Sequence record: DRR723986_2279
Strand: one strand, 5' to 3'
Length of the DNA: 52,031 nt
Shown here: positions 40,959-47,814 of the stretch, piece after piece
Layout: every line of letters starts with the position of its first letter
Numbering within the stretch: position 1 is the stretch's first letter
Program-made: the position numbers and the translations under genes
The notes under the pieces: model-generated
The model's input: only the letters and a program-made list of their open reading frames with translations
Told to the model about the DNA's origin: nothing
The model's database searches: none

Positions 40959-41645
40959 TTATTTCCAATAATATCCATGGAAAGAATTATTGCTTGGGGT
41001 ATCAAACAATCCAAATATTTTACTTGGGGTAACATACCCCCCCAACCCAAAAGCAATTCGCAAAATATGAAGTGATGGCATAGAATTTTTGAATTTATTA
41101 TTCTTACTCCCCCCAATATTTGATTTACCGAACGTAGAGTTCCAAAGCTTCTCACTCTCCCATAATTTCATACAATTTCTGCAGTATTCCTCTCTCTCCC
41201 CAAGCCCCCAACCAACCCTTTTTTTATAGGCAGATGAAATCCTATCCACACAGACTACTAAAACCCCCCCAACCCCCAGGGAGTCAATGTGCTCTATAAC
41301 TTTGTCATAAACATCGTCAGTCATCCCTGGCTTTATTTTTAACTCAAAGATGTTTTTTTCATTATCCCGAAAGACAAATTCCTTCAAAATTTCCGCTATC
41401 GCAAACCCACTAAACTCACTTCCCACCGTTCTATCACCTGTGACACCAGGATCTTCAAAGAGGCGTATATCTACTATATTGTTTAAGTATGTTACGGAAT
41501 TGACTGAACCATTCTCTTGAGAGCTTATTATTAAAATCTTTTTGAACTTCCTGTTATTAACTAACCTCTGTAAACTTGACCTTACACGCGCCTCGTTAAC
41601 AATTTTCTCATCACAGTTAAGATACAAAATACTTTTATCCAGCAT
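40959..41645 (-). CDS. Hypothetical protein, possibly degenerate LigB/DODA-fold; paralogue of 16593-17216
   Basis: 228-codon ORF in AT-rich DNA, G-rich RBS, own sigma54 promoter (which argues against the 41750 start). Confidence 0.7.
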   Translation of the reverse strand: MLDKSILYLNCDEKIVNEARVRSSLQRLVNNRKFKKILIISSQENGSVNSVTYLNNIVDIRLFEDPGVTGDRTVGSEFSGFAIAEILKEFVFRDNEKNIFELKIKPGMTDDVYDKVIEHIDSLGVGGVLVVCVDRISSAYKKRVGWGLGEREEYCRNCMKLWESEKLWNSTFGKSNIGGSKNNKFKNSMPSLHILRIAFGLGGYVTPSKIFGLFDTPSNNSFHGYYWK

Positions 41646-41724
41646 CCACCCCCCCTTATCCCAACTTAAGTCATCTATGTACCACCCCCAAAAAATGACT
41701 AGATCACTGCTTCGGCAAGGTAAT

Positions 41725-41740
41725 TGCAATAGACATACCA
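41725..41740 (-). promoter_or_regulatory. Sigma54 promoter of the 41645 ORF
   Basis: Minus strand TGGTATGTCTATTGCA; IHF-like AATCAAGAAATTC at 41778-41790. Confidence 0.7.
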
Positions 41741-41808
41741 CCCTTATCAACCGTGAGCTATCTAACTGTTTTTAGGAGAATTTCTTGATTTACAGCACAT
41801 TTGGCTAT

Positions 41809-41871
41809 TTCACCATTTGACAACTTTGCCCAATTAATTGATCAATTGGTAAATCTTCAGCAGATGATCAA
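41809..41871. promoter_or_regulatory. Cluster of DmpR/XylR-type binding sites upstream of the regulator gene
   Basis: TTCACCATTTGACAAC (41809), TTGATCAATTGGTAAA (41838), TTCAGCAGATGATCAA (41856). Confidence 0.75.
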
Positions 41872-41922
41872 ACGCCCAAGCAGCGATCACGTACATATAA
41901 AAAAATATAAAAGAGGCTATCC

Positions 41923-43623
41923 ATGGCGGCAAAAAACAAAATTCATCCTATCGACTACTCCAACTTTCAGGACCTTACCCAACAAATACGATTTCAGAGT
42001 ACTGAAGGCAAAATCTGGCTAGGGGAACAACGAGTTCTCCTAATGCAAGTTAGCGCTATGGCTGCATTTCGGCGGGAACTCTTAAACACGATAGGCGTAG
42101 AGAGATCAAAAGGGTTCTTCTTAAGGCTTGGCTATCAATCAGGGCTCAAAGATGCTGAGCTTGCAAGGAACCTGAGGCCAGAAAGCTCCGAAATCGACAT
42201 TTTCTTAGCTGGCCCACAGCTACACTCGCTTAAAGGTATGGCGAAAGTCATTCCTCTGGAAGTTAGCATCAACCAAGAAACAGGCCATTTTTATGGGGAG
42301 TTCGAGTGGATTGATTCGTATGAAGTTGAAATTTGCCAAACAGAAGTTGGCCTAATATCAGAGCCAGTTTGCTGGTCACTTTTGGGATATGCTTGTGCCT
42401 ATGCTTCGTCCTTTATGGGAAGGGAAATATTATTCCAAGAAACCTCTTGCAGAGGAGCCGGCGATGAACGCTGTATTATAGTCGGAAAACCTGCCGAAAA
42501 CTGGGAAAACCCCACCCAGTTCCGCAACTACTTTAAATCAGATCCTGTAATAGAGGAGCTTTATGAACTTCAGTCTAAGATCTGCTCGATAAGAGAAGAT
42601 GTAAAAAATCAGGAAGGTAGGTTTTATGGTATTGGGCAGTCTCAATCTTATATTCAAATGTGCGAGACAATTGATAAAGCTGCGAAGAGTAAAGTTGCCG
42701 TATTACTTCAAGGTGAGACTGGAGTAGGTAAAGAGGTTATCGCGAAAAGCGTTCACCTTAGAAGTGACCGCGCAGATCACCCCTTTGTCGCGGTTAACTG
42801 CGCCTGCATACCCCCGGACTTGATAGAAGCGGAACTTTTTGGCGTTGAGAAGGGAGCCTATACAGGAGCCCACCAGTCCCGACCCGGTCGTTTCGAAAGA
42901 GCTAACGGCGGAACAATTTTTTTAGACGAAGTGATAGAACTTAATCCAAGAGCTCAAGCGAGCTTGCTGCGCGTGCTTCAAGAAGGCGAACTAGAACGTG
43001 TCGGTGACAGTCAAACTAGACCTATAGACGTTAGAATCATCGCCGCTACCAACGAGGACCTTTCTGATGCAGTCAAAAATGGCCGCTTTCGTGCCGATCT
43101 TTATTTTCGATTGAATGTATTTCCGGCCTACATCCCTCCCCTGAGAGAACGCCTCGAAGACCTTCCGTTGTTAATTGAGCATTTTGTATCTAAATTTCAT
43201 CAAGAATATAATAAACGCACCCTAGGGCTTTCAGACAAAGCACTAGAAGCATGCCTTAATTATTCTTGGCCAGGAAACATACGCGAATTAGAAAATGTAA
43301 TAGAACGAGGAATAATTTTAACCAATGAAAATGACAGCATTAGCAGAAATTCGTTATTTTCTACAATATCTCAAACAACTAATTCGGCAGATGACGTAGT
43401 TAACAAAGAAGGTGAACTTATCAACACCTTAACTTCATTGCCAGAGTACAACTGGGTTGATCATATCATTGAAGAAGGTATAAGTATTGAAGAAGTAGAG
43501 CTAACATTGATACGGTCTTCAATGGATAGAAACAATAATAATGTCTCTGCCGCTGCCAGACTACTAGGGCTTAGCCGCCCAGCCTTTGCATATAGACTCA
43601 AAAAATTCGGTTTATTAGAATAA
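41923..43623 (+). CDS. DmpR/XylR/TouR-family sigma54-dependent aromatic-sensing activator
   Basis: XylR_N (GKIWLGEQR), V4R cysteines, GETGVGKE, GAYTGA, Fis-type HTH. Confidence 0.95.
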   Translation: MAAKNKIHPIDYSNFQDLTQQIRFQSTEGKIWLGEQRVLLMQVSAMAAFRRELLNTIGVERSKGFFLRLGYQSGLKDAELARNLRPESSEIDIFLAGPQLHSLKGMAKVIPLEVSINQETGHFYGEFEWIDSYEVEICQTEVGLISEPVCWSLLGYACAYASSFMGREILFQETSCRGAGDERCIIVGKPAENWENPTQFRNYFKSDPVIEELYELQSKICSIREDVKNQEGRFYGIGQSQSYIQMCETIDKAAKSKVAVLLQGETGVGKEVIAKSVHLRSDRADHPFVAVNCACIPPDLIEAELFGVEKGAYTGAHQSRPGRFERANGGTIFLDEVIELNPRAQASLLRVLQEGELERVGDSQTRPIDVRIIAATNEDLSDAVKNGRFRADLYFRLNVFPAYIPPLRERLEDLPLLIEHFVSKFHQEYNKRTLGLSDKALEACLNYSWPGNIRELENVIERGIILTNENDSISRNSLFSTISQTTNSADDVVNKEGELINTLTSLPEYNWVDHIIEEGISIEEVELTLIRSSMDRNNNNVSAAARLLGLSRPAFAYRLKKFGLLE

Positions 43624-43647
43624 AAATAGGAGCATTTCATACCTTAC

Positions 43648-43673
43648 GCCCATCTTAAATTATTTAGATGGGC
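43648..43673 (+). terminator. Hairpin after the regulator (possible weak terminator)
   Basis: GCCCATCT...AGATGGGC, poor U-tract. Confidence 0.4.
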
Positions 43674-43800
43674 AATATTTGACAGGTCAGAATTTACCAT
43701 TTGACCCAATTCGTTTACGACCTCACTAAATAAACAGCCCCCCCACTAAAAAGAATATAAATTTCACATAACTTTCAAACAGTTAACCGAAATAAAAAAC

Positions 43801-43816
43801 TGGCATGAATTGTGCT
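43801..43816 (+). promoter_or_regulatory. Sigma54 promoter driving a short, apparently non-coding transcript
   Basis: TGGCATGAATTGTGCT; IHF-like 43773-43785; UAS-like TTTACCATTTGACCCA 43693-43708. Confidence 0.72.
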
Positions 43817-43826
43817 TATTTTGAAC

Positions 43827-43956
43827 ATTATCTGCAGTCTTTCGGGACGTTAGACCGTAGGTGCGGCTAGGTGGGGGCAAATGCTGCTTGTCACCGCCTT
43901 GGAGAGTTACCGCACTCTCACCTCTTGGGGCTACACATTCTGTAGCCCCCTTTTTT
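43827..43956 (+). ncRNA. Candidate structured sRNA, copy 1
   Basis: Between a sigma54 promoter and terminator GGGGCTACA-CATTC-TGTAGCCCC-C-T6; homologous to 51085-51220. Confidence 0.65.
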
Positions 43957-44263
43957 ATCAGCCTCAATGTTAAGTAACATAATTATAATTTCAGCTATCC
44001 ATTTTCGTTTAACACCCACAATTCATCGACATTCGTGAATTTCTATCAGGAAACATGCGCCCCAGCATACACACCACAACAAGATTTGATTAGCAATAGG
44101 CGACTAACACAGTAAAAATATCTCCCATATTTCACCCTTCCAGAAAAACCTCACCATATCGTAAAAAATTTCCTCACCCCGCCCTCCAACAACAGCGGGC
44201 AACGGGCTGCTTTTATTCAATATTCTCCATATATTTCAGTGCGTTAAAATAATAATAACGTCA

Positions 44264-44279
44264 TGGCATAGCCATTGCT
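44264..44279 (+). promoter_or_regulatory. Sigma54 promoter of the second envelope module
   Basis: TGGCATAGCCATTGCT; UAS-like CTCACCATATCGTAAA 44150-44165; IHF-like 44234-44246. Confidence 0.75.
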
Positions 44280-44326
44280 GATACCGCCTTGCCGATACTT
44301 TCAAATAACAACGACGGTAATCATTC

Positions 44327-45316
44327 ATGACGCAGAATTGTGCGCGAGCTGTAAGCCCGCGATCTATCGTACCCACCTGTCTCGCACTAAGTGCCGCGCT
44401 CCTTGCCGCCTGTGAGGCACCGCTGGAACTGGACGCTGTGAACGAGCATGCGCAGCAAGCCATACAGCGCACCGACTATTACCAGGCCATGGCCGGCAAC
44501 AGCGAGCGGACCCTGCTGGTGGGAAACCGCGGCACCTTGCTCGCCAGCGAGGATCACGGCCAACACTGGCAGCGCGAAGCGGTGAACACCAACGCCAGTT
44601 TCATCGATATAGCCAGCTGCCCGAACAATAGTTTTGTGGCGCTGACCTTTGACAACCACGTCTGGCACGGCACCGACCAAGGCTGGCAACAACACGCCCT
44701 ACCCAGCAGCGAGCAGATGATGACCATCACCTGCAGTAGCGATAATCACTGGTGGGTTGCCGGCAGCTTTACAACCTTCCAGCACTCGAGCGACCAGGGT
44801 TTAACATGGCAGACATCCAGCCTGGATGAAGACGCCATCGTCACCAACCTGCAATTTCTGGGTTCCAATCACGCTGTTGCCACCGCCGAGTACGGCATGA
44901 TCCTCACCACTGCAGACAACGGAAAAAACTGGCAGGTATCGGGGTATTTACCTGATGAGTTCTACCCCCATGCCAGCTACTTCCGCTCGCCAAACGAAGG
45001 CTGGGTGGGCGGCCTAAACGGCTTCATCTACCACACCCGCGACGGTGGCGACTCCTGGCAGCGCCAGAGCACAGACACTCAAGCCCCGATTTTTAATTTT
45101 ATACACCATCCGCAGGGACTGTTTGCAGTCGGGGATAACGCCACCGTACTCGCGCTCAACGGTCAGCAATGGTCATCACTGGAAACCCCGAGCATTCCTC
45201 TTTACTTGCGCGCTGTTGCCGCCGACGGGGACACGCTGGTGGCCGCCGGCGGCCGGGGCCTAATGCTTCGCATCGCGACATCACCATCCGCAACTAGCGC
45301 TACCAATAATAAGTAA
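44327..45316 (+). CDS. YCF48-like BNR/Asp-box beta-propeller lipoprotein, copy 2
   Basis: LLAAC lipobox; S.D.G..W repeats (SEDHGQHW, SSDQGLTW, TADNGKNW, TRDGGDSW). Confidence 0.85.
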   Translation: MTQNCARAVSPRSIVPTCLALSAALLAACEAPLELDAVNEHAQQAIQRTDYYQAMAGNSERTLLVGNRGTLLASEDHGQHWQREAVNTNASFIDIASCPNNSFVALTFDNHVWHGTDQGWQQHALPSSEQMMTITCSSDNHWWVAGSFTTFQHSSDQGLTWQTSSLDEDAIVTNLQFLGSNHAVATAEYGMILTTADNGKNWQVSGYLPDEFYPHASYFRSPNEGWVGGLNGFIYHTRDGGDSWQRQSTDTQAPIFNFIHHPQGLFAVGDNATVLALNGQQWSSLETPSIPLYLRAVAADGDTLVAAGGRGLMLRIATSPSATSATNNK

Positions 45317-45331
45317 TCAAGGAACACTATC

Positions 45332-47758
45332 ATGGCACTGCACCGATTTACGCACGCCCTGCACCTGCTGGAGCTGTGGATTTTCAATAACCCGCGCAAA
45401 GTGCTCGTGCTGATCGCATTGCTCACGGTGTTTTTTGCCCTGCGCATTCCGGGGCTAAAAATCTACACCGACTTTGCTGACCTGCTGCCGCAACAGCACC
45501 CCTACATACAACTGCACAACAGTATTAAGGACGATTTTGGCGGGGCGAATGTGCTTGTGGTTGGCATCGAATTCGACGACGGCGACCTCTTTACCAATGA
45601 GCGGCTCGCGCTGATCGACCGCGTCACCCAGGCGGTGGACAACCTGCCCGGCGTGAACCACAACCTGGTATCCAGCGTGACTCACCGCAACTCGCGCAAA
45701 ATCTGGCTTACAGAAGTCGGCAGCATTAACTCCCAGCCGTATTTCGACGCCACAAAAGGCCCCTACAGCAGCGACCAATTAGCCAGCATGAGAGCAGATG
45801 TGAGCGCTAACCCACGCGTATTTGGTCCGCTGGTTGCGCCCGATTTAAAGATGGCGCTGGTAAAAGCGCAGCTCATTGAAGGGCAACTCGACTACGAAAA
45901 CACCTTCAAACAATTGCGGGAATTACGCGATGAGGTGGCGGCACAGGGCGTCACCCTATACGCCACAGGCCAACCAGTACTTGTGGGCTGGGCCTACACC
46001 TACATGGACCAGATCCTGCAAATTTTTGCCTTCACGGTACTCACCATGCTGGCGCTGCTGATTTTTCACTTCCGCAAAGCCTATGGCGTGTTGATCCCGC
46101 TGGGTGGCGTGTTGATCTCGACGATCTGGGGTCTGGGCATTATCAGTCTGCTCGGCTACAACCTTGATCCGCTCGGCCTGGTGATCCCGTTTCTCATCGC
46201 CGCGCGGGCAATGAGCCACGGTGTGCAGCTTGTCGAACGCTACTACGCCGAGGCGGCAACGCTGGGCAACGGCTCGGCGGCAGCCAAAGCCACCTTCGAC
46301 AGCTTGTTCCGCCCCGGCTCACTGGGTGTGGTCTCAGATGCCATCGGTCTGCTGTTAATTTCCGTGGGATCGATCCCCCTGAACACCCACCTTGGCATCT
46401 ACGCCTCACTCTGGGCGATTACCGTGGTATTCAGTGTGTTGGTGGGCGTGCCCCTGCTGCTATCGATTCTACCCACACCGCGCGAACCGCGCCTGAAAGA
46501 AACCGTTTTACGCCATATCGGTGCGAGCAGCTCACGCATTGTGAGCCAGCCGGGAAATGCGACGAAGCTGCTATTTGTCGCCGCGGTCGCTGTTGTACTG
46601 GGCATGGCCGCCGCGTCCCAGGTTCAAATTGGCGACTCCGAACCTGGCTCGCCAATTCTCTACCCCGACCACGACTACAACATTTCCTCTCGCGTGGTGA
46701 ACGAGCGCTTCCCCGGTTCGGAAGAACTCTATGTCGTCGCCGAGACAGATAAAAAAGGCGGATTAAAACGCCCCGATGTTCTGAAGGCACTGGCTGACTT
46801 TCAAGCCCATATGCTCACCGACCCGGGCGTTGGCGGCGCGAAAGGCTTGCCCGATCTGATCAAGCAGGTGAATCGCCTGATGCATAACAACGACCCCCGT
46901 TGGTATCAGATCCCCCACGATGAACGCTACGTCGGCGGCTTGATGTTCACCTATATGGCCTCCAGCCCCATCCCCGGCGCACTGGACGAATTTAACAACA
47001 CCGACGACCAAGTGGCGAACCTGGTCTTCTATTACAAGGACCGCCAGGGCGAGACCATACGTCGCGCCATTCATATGGCCAAGGAATGGATTGCCCAGCA
47101 CGGCAATGACGTCGAGGGCCTTACCATCAAACTCGCCGGGGGCACACTGGGCGTTGCCGCGGCCATGAATGAGTCGGCCTACCAGACCAACCTGATCGTA
47201 CTGCCGCTGGTGTTCTTACTCATCTTTGCCTTTGTCACGCTGTTTTATACCTCCTGGCACGCCGGTGTGATGATGCTGCTGGCAATGTTATTTGCCACCA
47301 CCCTCACCTACGCCTACATGGGATTGTCCGGGCTGAATATCGACATCAACACCGTGCCGGTAATCGCGGTGGGTATCGGCGTGGGCATCGACTACTCCAT
47401 CTACATGATGGATAGAATTCGCGAGGAAATGGCCAAGTGCCAGAACCTGGCCAAGTCCGTACAGCGTGCAATCTCCACCACCGGCATGGCTATTAGCTTT
47501 ACTGCACTAACCCTGATGGCAGGCATTGTCATGTGGGTGATCTTTTCCGACCTGCGCTTTCAATCGGACTCCGCGCTGCTGCTTTGCGTGATGATCGTCA
47601 TTAACGGCATTACCGCCATGCTGCTTGTTCCCTCCTGGGTGCTGCGCTTTAAACCCCGCTTTATTACCGCCGTGTATGCCGACGAAGACGGTGTGCTCCA
47701 CGCGGATTCAACAACCGCAACTTCTGTGGAAAACGCCCTCGGCGTTTCTCAAACCTAG
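45332..47758 (+). CDS. RND-superfamily / MMPL inner-membrane transporter, copy 2
   Basis: FGGAN, GIGVGIDYSIYMMDRIREE; two-repeat TM architecture. Confidence 0.88.
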   Translation: MALHRFTHALHLLELWIFNNPRKVLVLIALLTVFFALRIPGLKIYTDFADLLPQQHPYIQLHNSIKDDFGGANVLVVGIEFDDGDLFTNERLALIDRVTQAVDNLPGVNHNLVSSVTHRNSRKIWLTEVGSINSQPYFDATKGPYSSDQLASMRADVSANPRVFGPLVAPDLKMALVKAQLIEGQLDYENTFKQLRELRDEVAAQGVTLYATGQPVLVGWAYTYMDQILQIFAFTVLTMLALLIFHFRKAYGVLIPLGGVLISTIWGLGIISLLGYNLDPLGLVIPFLIAARAMSHGVQLVERYYAEAATLGNGSAAAKATFDSLFRPGSLGVVSDAIGLLLISVGSIPLNTHLGIYASLWAITVVFSVLVGVPLLLSILPTPREPRLKETVLRHIGASSSRIVSQPGNATKLLFVAAVAVVLGMAAASQVQIGDSEPGSPILYPDHDYNISSRVVNERFPGSEELYVVAETDKKGGLKRPDVLKALADFQAHMLTDPGVGGAKGLPDLIKQVNRLMHNNDPRWYQIPHDERYVGGLMFTYMASSPIPGALDEFNNTDDQVANLVFYYKDRQGETIRRAIHMAKEWIAQHGNDVEGLTIKLAGGTLGVAAAMNESAYQTNLIVLPLVFLLIFAFVTLFYTSWHAGVMMLLAMLFATTLTYAYMGLSGLNIDINTVPVIAVGIGVGIDYSIYMMDRIREEMAKCQNLAKSVQRAISTTGMAISFTALTLMAGIVMWVIFSDLRFQSDSALLLCVMIVINGITAMLLVPSWVLRFKPRFITAVYADEDGVLHADSTTATSVENALGVSQT

Positions 47759-47760
47759 TG

Positions 47761-47787
47761 GGTGCCGGGTGGTCGACACCCGGCACC
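47761..47787 (+). other. Intergenic perfect 11-bp hairpin
   Basis: GGTGCCGGGTG-GTCGA-CACCCGGCACC then TCTTT. Confidence 0.7.
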
Positions 47788-47814
47788 TCTTTCGCTCTAC
47801 AACGAGGATCTGCT

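Noticed and set aside
43881-43973. 30-codon ORF (MLLVTALESYRTLTSWGYTFCSPLFYQPQC) inside RNA element copy 1
   Set aside because: Runs through the terminator, has a weak RBS, and has no counterpart at the same position in copy 2
47758-47814. Upstream in-frame start for DUF1302 copy 2
   Set aside because: Lies across a strong hairpin; the ATG at 47815 has an RBS and begins a typical signal peptide
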